Positions 1 to 7,963 of a stretch of DNA of 48,407 nt are shown here, piece after piece. The DNA is taken from assembly GCA_017397075.1 (NCBI GenBank), contig JAFQKD010000081.1, positions 1-48,407 of the forward strand, in the 5' to 3' direction. The stretch is from Oscillospiraceae bacterium. Its GTDB lineage: Bacteria; Bacillota; Clostridia; Oscillospirales; Oscillospiraceae. The translations under genes and the position numbers were made by a program. The notes beneath the pieces are model-generated. The model was given only the letters and a program-made list of their open reading frames with translations, was not told where the DNA came from and made no database searches. Positions within the stretch are counted from its first letter, which is position 1, and every line of letters begins with the position of its first letter.

Positions 1-134
1 CTCAGCCTACGGTATGACAGATAGGTTTCCTGTTCCGGGAAAAGTGAATTTTGCCGCAGGCGAAGGATGAGAAAGTGAAAATGCCAGCGTCTGCATTTTT
101 CCCTCCCTGCATCTACAGTTTCCCGACAAAATCG

Positions 135-161
135 ATCCCACGGATGTTCCATCCGTGGGAT
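135..161. terminator. Stem-loop (12-bp stem, 3-nt loop), possibly a bidirectional intrinsic terminator
   Basis: ATCCCACGGATG-TTC-CATCCGTGGGAT. Followed by TTTTCTT on the + strand. On the - strand it lies just downstream of the small ORF 166-324 and is followed by CGATTTTG. Confidence 0.6.
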
Positions 162-165
162 TTTC

Positions 166-324
166 TTACTTAGGGATATATCGAGGGCAAGCCGGGTCAT
201 CCGGTTTTCTTTGCTTTGTTCTTCCGTAAATGCACTGCCCGCAGCACACAGGCAGATACTCACCGTCCCCAAGCGTATAATGCTGCACAAAACACAGACA
301 GCTGCTGCAAACCCGTAAATGCAT
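166..324 (-). CDS. Small Cys-rich hypothetical protein (52 aa), zinc-ribbon-like
   Basis: Below the ORF-track size cutoff; translated by hand. ATG at 324, TAA at 166-168. Product MHLRVCSSCLCFVQHYTLGDGEYLPVCCGQCIYGRTKQRKPDDPACPRYIPK. Purine-rich GGGGGAAG lies just upstream of the ATG. CxxC...CCxxC spacing. No homologue recognised. Confidence 0.25.
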   Translation of the reverse strand: MHLRVCSSCLCFVQHYTLGDGEYLPVCCGQCIYGRTKQRKPDDPACPRYIPK

Positions 325-497
325 AAACTTCCCCCATCATTTCGTTGAAAATTTTTGCAAAGTATGATAAAGTAAACTAAATGTATCCATACTCTGCAAT
401 ATCGTTTTTTACATTAAACTTTATTGCAAGTATACCGCTATCGAAGCAATTTGTCAACACTTTTAGTCCAATTTTGCAAACTTTTTTGGGGTGCTTT

Positions 498-857
498 ATG
501 TTTTACGAAACCTTCATCAAACTCTGCCAAAATAAGGGCGTACGCCCCAGCCGTGCCGCCATTGAAGCAGGGATCAGCAAGTCGGTTGTTTCTCACTGGA
601 AGCACAATCCGGAGGAAATTCCATCTCCGGTCGTTCTCCGAAAGCTTTCTGTCTATTTCGATGTTCCGCTTTCTGTTCTTTTGTCTGCCTACACCCCGAT
701 CCCCGAACCCGAAAATCTTTCTGGTTACACCGAATATGTTGAACTTCTCAAATCCCGTCCCGATTTGTGCGAAGTCCTCCTTCTGCTGAAAGATGCCAAC
801 AGGGAGGAGCTTTCTGCTGCCATACGCGTTCTCACCGCTCTGATGAACAAGAACTGA
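498..857 (+). CDS. XRE/Cro-family helix-turn-helix transcriptional regulator (119 aa)
   Basis: ORF 381-857. I prefer the internal ATG at 498 (GGGGTG 4 nt upstream). MFYETFIKLCQNKGVRPSRAAIEAGISKSVVSHWK is a classic XRE HTH. The 39 upstream codons are AT-rich and hydrophobic and look non-coding. Confidence 0.8.
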   Translation: MFYETFIKLCQNKGVRPSRAAIEAGISKSVVSHWKHNPEEIPSPVVLRKLSVYFDVPLSVLLSAYTPIPEPENLSGYTEYVELLKSRPDLCEVLLLLKDANREELSAAIRVLTALMNKN

Positions 858-863
858 CCCTTC

Positions 864-903
864 AAAAAGAGAGGCGTGTCCACCAGGACACGCCTCTCTT
901 TTT
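864..903. terminator. Bidirectional intrinsic terminator shared by convergent genes
   Basis: 18-bp stem AAAAAGAGAGGCGTGTCC / GGACACGCCTCTCTTTTT with loop ACCA. The A-run and T-run flanks work on both strands. It sits between the stop at 857 (+) and the stop at 934 (-). Confidence 0.85.
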
Positions 904-933
904 GAAGTTTTTTGGATTGTACCGCACCAGCGA

Positions 934-2004
934 TTATTTCAGCAGGGACGCCGTGTTCAGCATGGAGGTGCTGTAGAGAAACAGGATATCCGCGTTCTCA
1001 AAATCCACATACTCTCCCAAAAGATCGGAGCGCACATACCGCAGGTCCACAAGGGTGATCTCTCGGAAGGAATCGATCATCAGCGGAGCAAGGCTGCTGG
1101 CAAAGCTGTCGCGGAAGATCACGATGTGCCTGTCGGAAACCGCATTGGGATTTTCGATCGTCACCACCGCCTGCGGTCCCCCGAGGAACACATCGTAGGG
1201 ATCCACATTGCCGATGGCGGCAGGGTCATACACCGCCATATCCCCGGTTTCAATGCTGTGCACAAGGGCGTTTTCCGTCCCCCCGCTCACCAGATACGCC
1301 ATGGCATCCGGTGCACAGGGGAGGGCGCTCTGCCCGGCATAGACCCCGTAAAACGTGCCGCAGTCCGCCCGGGAATAACCGGCTGCCGGTACCACAGGCA
1401 CACCGAGTTCACGGCAAAGCTCACGGGCAAGGGGCAGAATATTTTCCTGCCGCCAGTGGCTGTCGGTGGTGTAAAAATCGTCAAGGGAAAGCAGGTCTGT
1501 GATATCAATATACCGGGCGTGAACGCCTTCCGTCACATAGGAAATGATCTCCCGGGGCGTTTCCTCCCCAAGGAAATATCCCTTGTCCGGCACAATGGCA
1601 AGATAGGCTTCTCCGTCAAGACAGGTCTCCACAATGTCATTCATCTTCTCCACGGCAAGTGCTGCCTGCCCCTCATGGAAAACCGCCTCCACAGGCAGAA
1701 GATGCCCTTCGCTGAGCATGATGCCCCCGGTCTCTCCCATATCCAGCGCGTAAAACTCCGTCAGCGCCTTTACGGTGCGGAATTCTTCCCGCAGAGGGAA
1801 CTGATCCAGAAGATACGCCTCAAGCTCCGTAAAATACCGGCCGGAAAACACCTTCGATGCCGTTATCTCCGGGAAGGTATCCAGATACCGCCGCTCGGAA
1901 ACGGAGATCTCCGTATCCGGCAGAAGGATGTGGGCAAGGGAAAGGCCGAAGATCAGCAGGAAAAACAGAACCACAACAGTACGTTTTAACGTCTTTTCCA
2001 TCAT
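934..2004 (-). CDS. AlgX/AlgJ-like SGNH O-acyltransferase partner (DHHW-family-like), membrane-anchored
   Basis: N-terminal TM helix (VVVLFFLLIFGLSLAHILL). TDSHW motif, matching the D-x-H-W of the AlgJ/AlgX/DHHW families. AAGGAGG RBS. Lies immediately downstream of an MBOAT gene (10-nt gap). Confidence 0.75.
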   Translation of the reverse strand: MMEKTLKRTVVVLFFLLIFGLSLAHILLPDTEISVSERRYLDTFPEITASKVFSGRYFTELEAYLLDQFPLREEFRTVKALTEFYALDMGETGGIMLSEGHLLPVEAVFHEGQAALAVEKMNDIVETCLDGEAYLAIVPDKGYFLGEETPREIISYVTEGVHARYIDITDLLSLDDFYTTDSHWRQENILPLARELCRELGVPVVPAAGYSRADCGTFYGVYAGQSALPCAPDAMAYLVSGGTENALVHSIETGDMAVYDPAAIGNVDPYDVFLGGPQAVVTIENPNAVSDRHIVIFRDSFASSLAPLMIDSFREITLVDLRYVRSDLLGEYVDFENADILFLYSTSMLNTASLLK

Positions 2005-2013
2005 CCCGCCTCC

Positions 2014-3417
2014 TTAAAACCGGAAATACAGGAAGGGATTGAAGCTCCCGTCCACCAAAAAACCGGTCACCGTGATGACTGCAGCCGCAATGAGCACAGG
2101 TTCCAGAACAGCTATGATCCCTCTGCCCAAGGATTTCCGCCTCATCACGGCGATGAGCTTTTCCGCAAGCGGCGTTACAAACAGCACCGCTGCAAAAAAC
2201 AGCAGGAAATACCCGGAAAGCCGTGTTCCCGTTTCGCTGCTCCAAAGGGGAATTCCCTCCGCGCCGAACATTCTGCCAAGATCCTGACCGATCTGAGGGA
2301 GACTCCGGGCATTGAAGATCACAAAGCTCACCAGCACCGTGAAGATCACATATATATGCTGCACAACTGCCCCAAGCTTTTTGAGCCAATTTCCCAAAAA
2401 CAGCTTTTCCAGCACCAGAAGCGCCCCGAAATAGAGCCCCCACAGCACAAAATTCCACGCTGCGCCGTGCCAGATGCCTGTTGCTGCCCAGACAACAGCG
2501 ATATTGAGAAGCCACCGCGCTTTGGGCACACGGTTTCCCCCAAGGGGAATGTAGAGATAATCCCGGAACCAGCCGCCGAGGGTCATGTGCCAGCGGCGCC
2601 AGAACTCGGTTATGCTCTTTGACCTGTAGGGAGAATCAAAGTTTTCGGGGAACTTGAAGCCGAACATCCGACCAAGACCGATGGCCATATCGGAGTACCC
2701 GGCAAAATCATAATAGATCTGCAAAGCATAGGCAATGGCATAGAGCCACGCAAAAACAACGCTTGGCTCTGCAGCTTCCCTGTAGAGGCTGCAAAATTCC
2801 CCCATGGCATTGGCGATGAGCACCTTTCTTGCAAGACCGCGGACAAAGCGCTTCACCCCGATGTACAGGTCATCCATGCATACGCTTCTCTCGTGAAGCT
2901 CTGTGGAAATATCCGTATACCGCACCACAGGGCCTGCGATGAGCTGTGGAAAGAGACATACGAACGTGGCAAAGGTGGCAAGATTCTTTTCCGCCTTTGC
3001 ATCGCCCCGGTAGACGTCGATGGTATAGCTCATGGTCTGGAAGGTAAAAAAGCTGATGCCGATGGGAAGCGGCACTTTCGTGAGGGGGATGGACGTGCCG
3101 AAAAGATCATTTACCGTGGTGAGGAGGAAATCCGCATACTTGAAAAAGCCGAGCATGGCAAGGTTTATGACAAGGGAAGAAACCAGCGCGATTTTGGCAG
3201 ACTTCTCCCCACGGTGATTTTCGATATACAGGCTGTGGAGCCAGTCCGACAGGGAAGAGATGATGAGCAGCAGCACATAGATCGGCTCACCCACAAAATA
3301 AAACAGCAGACTTGATGCCAGAAGCACATGGTTTTTCCATTTCTTCGGCACAAGTCCGTACACCAGCAGCACCGCCGGCAGGAATACATATAAAAAGCTT
3401 ACGCTGGAAAACAGCAT
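2014..3417 (-). CDS. MBOAT-family membrane-bound O-acyltransferase (AlgI/DltB-like)
   Basis: 467-aa polytopic protein. Signature FWRRWHMTLGGWFRDYLYIPLGGNR with the catalytic His region. AAGGAGATAAACC-ATG RBS. Confidence 0.9.
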   Translation of the reverse strand: MLFSSVSFLYVFLPAVLLVYGLVPKKWKNHVLLASSLLFYFVGEPIYVLLLIISSLSDWLHSLYIENHRGEKSAKIALVSSLVINLAMLGFFKYADFLLTTVNDLFGTSIPLTKVPLPIGISFFTFQTMSYTIDVYRGDAKAEKNLATFATFVCLFPQLIAGPVVRYTDISTELHERSVCMDDLYIGVKRFVRGLARKVLIANAMGEFCSLYREAAEPSVVFAWLYAIAYALQIYYDFAGYSDMAIGLGRMFGFKFPENFDSPYRSKSITEFWRRWHMTLGGWFRDYLYIPLGGNRVPKARWLLNIAVVWAATGIWHGAAWNFVLWGLYFGALLVLEKLFLGNWLKKLGAVVQHIYVIFTVLVSFVIFNARSLPQIGQDLGRMFGAEGIPLWSSETGTRLSGYFLLFFAAVLFVTPLAEKLIAVMRRKSLGRGIIAVLEPVLIAAAVITVTGFLVDGSFNPFLYFRF

Positions 3418-3441
3418 GGTTTATCTCCTTAGTACGGAAAC

Positions 3442-3468
3442 AAAAGCCCCCGCTGTGCGGAGGCTTTT
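3442..3468 (-). terminator. Imperfect hairpin between the lipoprotein gene and the MBOAT gene (weak terminator or attenuator)
   Basis: On the - strand: AAAAGCCTCCGC-ACA-GCGGGGGCTTTT followed by GTTTCC. The U-tract is short. Confidence 0.45.
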
Positions 3469-3478
3469 GCCGGAACGA

Positions 3479-3949
3479 TTATTCCCAGAGAGCGTCAAAG
3501 TTTGCAATGACCAGATCCGCAAGGTCGTTTGAGCTCATGACCAGCAGAATGGTCTGCCCGTGGCAGATGACCTCAGCCTTTTCCGCAGTGACGCACAGCC
3601 ATTTATTGGGGTTCATGTTGGCTTCGATCTGCGCCGCCACATCCTCGGCATCCGCATCCTCAGGCAAACGGATCACACCCACGCTGTGGGCAATGGAGCT
3701 GACGCCGGGTTCGGACACCCATGCCTCTGCCCCCGCGACTTCGGGGATAAAGAAGAAATACTCAAACATTTCCCCTTCAGCCAGTACGGTCATAAGGCCC
3801 ATGGGCAGTTCGTCTTCCCCTGCACCTTCGTAAAGTCCGTTCAGAATTTCCTCGGCAGACATGGTGTCTCCAACCTTTTCTCCGCCGCCGCAGGCAGCCA
3901 GAGTGAGGAGAAGCAGTCCGCAAAGAAGCGCCGCAATGATCTTTTTCAT
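3479..3949 (-). CDS. Secreted lipoprotein, DUF4358-like
   Basis: MKKIIAALLCGLLLLTLAAC lipobox. GAGGT RBS. From memory, this small lipoprotein family commonly accompanies MBOAT/DHHW pairs in Clostridia. Confidence 0.7.
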   Translation of the reverse strand: MKKIIAALLCGLLLLTLAACGGGEKVGDTMSAEEILNGLYEGAGEDELPMGLMTVLAEGEMFEYFFFIPEVAGAEAWVSEPGVSSIAHSVGVIRLPEDADAEDVAAQIEANMNPNKWLCVTAEKAEVICHGQTILLVMSSNDLADLVIANFDALWE

Positions 3950-4084
3950 TTTTATACCTCATACTTCCGTTTTTGTATTCAAGCGTTAGACGATCCGGTT
4001 ATGGAAAAGTTCCCTCTCATATATACCATAATTTTTCCTGTTTGACCAGTAGTATACCGTGATTTTAAAAAATGTTCCCGATGC

Positions 4085-4113
4085 TTGACGAAACGGCAAA
4101 ACATCGGTATGAT
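4085..4113 (+). promoter_or_regulatory. Sigma-A-type promoter for the GH127 gene
   Basis: TTGACG (4085-4090), 17-nt spacer, TATGAT (4108-4113). Confidence 0.55.
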
Positions 4114-4159
4114 AAAATCAAATAAACCGCAGTGCGGTCAGAATACACACGAGGTGAAC

Positions 4160-6085
4160 ATGATGAAAAAATTCGGTCATCTGCAGGAAGCACGGCTTTC
4201 TCAGGTCATCCCCTCCGGCTGGCTGAGAACCATGCTGGAAAAACAGCGCGACGGCTTTGCCGGTCATCTGGATGAGATCGGTTATCCCTACGATCTGCCC
4301 TGCTGGCAGCTGAAGACCATGGCTGACGGCGGCTTTGAGCAGTGGTGGCCTTATGAGCAGACAGGCTACTGGATGGATTCCATGACCCGCACCGCCTGTC
4401 TTCTGCGGGACGAGGAGATGATGGCAAAGTTCAAGGGCATCATCGACACCTCCATCGAAAACGCGGTCAGCGGCTTTATCGGCCCCGACGATCTGCAGAA
4501 CGGTGAGGATGTGAGCCATTGGCCTCACGCAGTTTATTTCCGCGCCATCTACGCGCTTTGGAGCGCCACCGGGGATGAAAAGTACCTGAAGGCTATGCAG
4601 CGGCACTACTTCCTGCCCGACACCCACTATGACAATGACCGCGATGCGGTAAACGTGGAATCCATGCTGCGGGTAGCACAGCAGCTGGACAGCGAAGAGC
4701 TGCGTGAATTTGCACGGAAGAACTATCTCTCCCTGCAGGAAAAGTCCGCCGAAACGGCGGATTTCGGCTGGAAGAAAATGCTCACCGAGATCCCCACAGG
4801 CATCCACGGCGTCACCCTTAACGAGATCGGCAAGCTTCCCGCCCTGTACTACCTGTACTTCGGGGATGAGGAGCATCTCAAGGCGGTCATCCACCTGTAC
4901 GATAAGATCCTGCGGGATCATATGCTGCCCGACGGTGTCCACTCCAGCCATGAGTGGACCGCAGGAAACGACTCTCTTCAGTGCCACGAGTCCTGTGACA
5001 TCAGCGACTTCACCTGGAGCGTTGGTTATCTGCTGGAAGCCACAGGGGAAGCCAGATACGGCGATCTCATCGAGCGCGCCATTTTCAATGCCGCTCCCGG
5101 CGTCATTGCCCCGGATTTCGGCGGTATCCAGTATTTCTCCTCCGTAAACCAGATCCGCGCCACCAGAAACGCCTGCCATGCAGACGCATTCCAGAACACC
5201 ACCCGCATGGCTTATCAGCCCCACCACTATCCCGAGTGCTGCGTGGGCAACATCGGCAGAGCCTTCCCCAACTACGTTGCCCGGATGTACTGGGAAGCCG
5301 AAGACGGCATTGCCTGTGTGCTCTATGGGGACAGCGAATTTACCGGCAAGGGCATCACCCTGAAGCAGACCGGCGGCTACCCCTTCAATGATACGGTCAC
5401 CTTTGCCGTTTCCTGCGGGAAGGATACCGAACTGACTCTGCGTTTCCGTCTTCCCGGCTGGTGCAAGGCTCCGCAGCTTCGCGTAAACGGCGCTGCTGCC
5501 GAATACGCCGCAGATAAGGGCTTTGCCGTGATCTCCCGCGTCTGGAAAAACGGCGACACCGTCACCCTGCAGCTTCCCATGGAGTTTACCTCCCATGTCA
5601 CCGATGAGGGCGGCGTGTACTTCGATTACGGTCCCCTGCTCCTCTCTCTCAAAATCAAGGAAAACTGGACCGTGGACAAGGAAGAGCCCCGGCAGACTCC
5701 CGCATTCCCCGCCTACAGCGTGGAGCCGGAGAGTCAGTGGCGCTATGCCGTTACCGGGAAAGAAGTTCCCGCCATCACCTTCCATGAGGTTGGTGTGAAT
5801 CCCTGGTGGAACGATGCCCCCTGGCTTGAGGCCGTTATTCCCGCCCGTGTTCTGAAAAACTGGGACACCGTGAAAAAATCCTCTGTGGCAAAGCACGGCG
5901 AGCAGGGTATCGACGAAAAGCAGATCCGTCTTGGTGCTGTGGAAGTCCGTGAGGATCTGGAGCAGATGCCCCCCCTCCCCTCCGCAGAAGAGATCGCAGC
6001 AGGTCTCGGCGAGGAGGAGAAGATCACCCTCATTCCCTACGGCAGCAGCCATCTCCGCATTGCCATTTTCCCCAAAGCCGAATAA
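4160..6085 (+). CDS. Glycoside hydrolase family 127-like (beta-L-arabinofuranosidase/DUF1680 family)
   Basis: ORF 4085-6085. Preferred ATG at 4160 sits directly after GAGGTG. The HHYPECCVGNIGRA motif matches the Cys/Glu zinc-site region of GH127 enzymes. No signal peptide. Confidence 0.85.
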   Translation: MMKKFGHLQEARLSQVIPSGWLRTMLEKQRDGFAGHLDEIGYPYDLPCWQLKTMADGGFEQWWPYEQTGYWMDSMTRTACLLRDEEMMAKFKGIIDTSIENAVSGFIGPDDLQNGEDVSHWPHAVYFRAIYALWSATGDEKYLKAMQRHYFLPDTHYDNDRDAVNVESMLRVAQQLDSEELREFARKNYLSLQEKSAETADFGWKKMLTEIPTGIHGVTLNEIGKLPALYYLYFGDEEHLKAVIHLYDKILRDHMLPDGVHSSHEWTAGNDSLQCHESCDISDFTWSVGYLLEATGEARYGDLIERAIFNAAPGVIAPDFGGIQYFSSVNQIRATRNACHADAFQNTTRMAYQPHHYPECCVGNIGRAFPNYVARMYWEAEDGIACVLYGDSEFTGKGITLKQTGGYPFNDTVTFAVSCGKDTELTLRFRLPGWCKAPQLRVNGAAAEYAADKGFAVISRVWKNGDTVTLQLPMEFTSHVTDEGGVYFDYGPLLLSLKIKENWTVDKEEPRQTPAFPAYSVEPESQWRYAVTGKEVPAITFHEVGVNPWWNDAPWLEAVIPARVLKNWDTVKKSSVAKHGEQGIDEKQIRLGAVEVREDLEQMPPLPSAEEIAAGLGEEEKITLIPYGSSHLRIAIFPKAE

Positions 6086-6092
6086 AAAAGCC

Positions 6093-6133
6093 GAACCCGC
6101 TTCTTTGCCGTTTTGCGGCGCAGAAGCGGGTTC
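6093..6133 (+). terminator. Hairpin downstream of the GH127 gene (terminator without a clear T-tract)
   Basis: 12-bp stem GAACCCGCTTCT / AGAAGCGGGTTC with a 17-nt loop. No U-run follows it. Confidence 0.45.
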
Positions 6134-6166
6134 TCTGCAAAATCCGACATTTTTCTTTGCCGAATC

Positions 6167-6195
6167 TTTACTATTCAGGGAAGTTATAGTATACT
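6167..6195 (+). promoter_or_regulatory. Possible sigma-A promoter for the antiporter gene
   Basis: TTTACT, 17-nt spacer, TATACT (6190-6195). Confidence 0.4.
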
Positions 6196-6226
6196 GTTGT
6201 GGAATCTTAAAAAAAGAGGTCCTACA

Positions 6227-7261
6227 ATGATCGAACAGTTTCTTGCATGGTATAACGGGCTGACTTCCAGCCTTATCGGTTCTCTGGCGCTTTTTGCTGT
6301 GGGCGTTCTGCTGCTCATCAAGGGCGGCGACTGGTTCGTTGACAGTGCCGTGGGCATTGCCAAGCGCTTCCATGTGCCGGAGATCATCATCGGCGCAACG
6401 GTGGTTTCCATCGGCACGACCCTGCCCGAGGTCATGGTATCCGTGACCGCTGCGGTAAACGATAACGGCGCCATCGCATACGGCAACGCCATCGGCTCCA
6501 TCATCTGCAACACAGCGCTTATTGCAGCGCTGACCATTGCCATCCGTCCTGCGCCCGTAAACCGGAAGGCTGTTGTGACCCCGGTTCTGTTTTTCTTCGT
6601 CTCCGCTGCCATCTATATGATCGCCGCCTATGTTTTCGGCCGTTTTGACCGCTGGCTCGGCTTTGTGATGCTGGCAGTTTTTGCCGCTTACATGGCCTCC
6701 ACCATCTACAGGGGCTTCAGGACCCCCGCCGAAGAAAAGACCGAGGAAGAATCGGAAGAGGGCGGCAAGTCCGGTTCCCTTCTGAAGGACCTCATCGTGC
6801 TTGTGCTCAGTGCGGCGCTTATCGCTGTGGGCGCAGATATGCTGGAAGGCTCTTCCGTCTCCCTTGCCACCATGGCAGGCATCCCCACCGAGGTCATCGG
6901 CGTTACGGTGGTGGCTCTGTGCACCTCTCTGCCCGAGCTCGTCACCGCCATCACTGCCCTTGTTAAGGGACACGGCGCACTGTCTCTGGGCAACATCATC
7001 GGTGCCAACATCTTTAACCTTGTGCTGGTTTCCGGTGCTGCCGTCAGCATTTCCCCCTTCGTCATTCCCGAGGGCAGCAAGCTCTTCGGCTATAATACCT
7101 CTCAGCTTATCGAGATCCCCCTCATGGTGACCGTTATGGCGCTCATGACCCTCCCTGTGCTGAAAAAGGGCAGGCTGTACCGCTGGCAGGGCATCACGCT
7201 GCTGGGCATCTATGCGGCATTTGTCACCCTGCAGGTCCTCATTGCCGTGGGTATTTTCTGA
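6227..7261 (+). CDS. Calcium/sodium (CaCA, YrbG-type) antiporter
   Basis: ORF 6113-7261. ATG at 6227 follows AAGAGGT. Two alpha-repeat motifs are present: GATVVSIGTTLPE and GVTVVALCTSLPELV. Confidence 0.85.
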   Translation: MIEQFLAWYNGLTSSLIGSLALFAVGVLLLIKGGDWFVDSAVGIAKRFHVPEIIIGATVVSIGTTLPEVMVSVTAAVNDNGAIAYGNAIGSIICNTALIAALTIAIRPAPVNRKAVVTPVLFFFVSAAIYMIAAYVFGRFDRWLGFVMLAVFAAYMASTIYRGFRTPAEEKTEEESEEGGKSGSLLKDLIVLVLSAALIAVGADMLEGSSVSLATMAGIPTEVIGVTVVALCTSLPELVTAITALVKGHGALSLGNIIGANIFNLVLVSGAAVSISPFVIPEGSKLFGYNTSQLIEIPLMVTVMALMTLPVLKKGRLYRWQGITLLGIYAAFVTLQVLIAVGIF

Positions 7262-7274
7262 AACAGATAAACTG

Positions 7275-7304
7275 AATCCCGGTACTTTCGTACCGGGATT
7301 TTTT
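7275..7304. terminator. Bidirectional intrinsic terminator
   Basis: AATCCCGGTAC-TTTC-GTACCGGGATT followed by TTTT. Lies between convergent stops at 7261 (+) and 7304 (-). Confidence 0.85.
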
Positions 7305-7963
7305 CATGCCTTTTTCACGGTTATATCCGCCGCTTTGCAGATGCTGTCCGCTTCCAGAACACCGCGGAAGGATACCTGCGGGTAGATCTGGCTGTTTTTC
7401 CCCACAACAGAACCGGGATTCAGCACGCAGCCGCAGCCGATCTCCGCTCCATCGCCAAGAAACGCACCCACCTTTTTCCGTCCCGTGGGGATCTCACCGT
7501 CGGGAGCATGGATCACCACGTTGGTCTTGTTCCCCTTCACGTTGGAGGTCACCGCCCCTGCTCCCATGTGAGCCTTCCGTCCCAGAACGGAATCTCCCAC
7601 ATAGTTGTAATGGGGAACCTGCACCCCGTCAAAGAGGATCACGTTTTTCAGCTCCGTGGAATTTCCCACCACGGCATCCCGTCCCACAAGCACATTCCCC
7701 CGCAGGAACGCGCCGGGGCGAAGCTCCGCACCGGGACAGATGATGCAAGGCCCCTCGATATACACATTGGGATAGCGCTTTACGCTTTTCGCGATCCACA
7801 CCATGGGGGATATTTCCTCGTACTCCTCTTTTGGAAGGGCAGGCCCCAGCGCTTTGAGAAAGGCTCCGATCTCCCCAAGGCTCTCCCACGGGTACTGCGT
7901 CTTTTCCAGAAGCGGCTTTGCCAGCGTGTACTCCAGATCAAATAGCTCAGCTGTACGGATCAT
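7304..7963 (-). CDS. Left-handed beta-helix (hexapeptide-repeat) acyltransferase, GlmU C-terminal-like
   Basis: Hexapeptide repeats (GNVLVGRDAVVGNSTELKNVILFDGVQV...). ATGA start/stop overlap with glmM. Confidence 0.75.
   Translation of the reverse strand: MIRTAELFDLEYTLAKPLLEKTQYPWESLGEIGAFLKALGPALPKEEYEEISPMVWIAKSVKRYPNVYIEGPCIICPGAELRPGAFLRGNVLVGRDAVVGNSTELKNVILFDGVQVPHYNYVGDSVLGRKAHMGAGAVTSNVKGNKTNVVIHAPDGEIPTGRKKVGAFLGDGAEIGCGCVLNPGSVVGKNSQIYPQVSFRGVLEADSICKAADITVKKA

Noticed and set aside
1-134. Possible 3' end of a + strand gene or part of an RNA element at the window edge
   Set aside because: All three + frames hit stops within 70 nt and no motif was recognised. It cannot be interpreted without upstream sequence.
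381-497. N-terminal 39 codons of the 158-aa ORF containing the XRE regulator
   Set aside because: The stretch is AT-rich and hydrophobic, and unlike any HTH-family N-terminus. An internal ATG with an SD-like GGGGTG gives a normal-length XRE protein.
4118-6973. 951-aa ORF on the - strand spanning the GH127 and antiporter genes
   Set aside because: It is antisense to two genes with clear family signatures. Its composition is low-complexity and rich in G/A/H/R/D, it has no RBS, and it crosses an intergenic terminator. This is a typical stop-poor antisense frame in GC-rich DNA.
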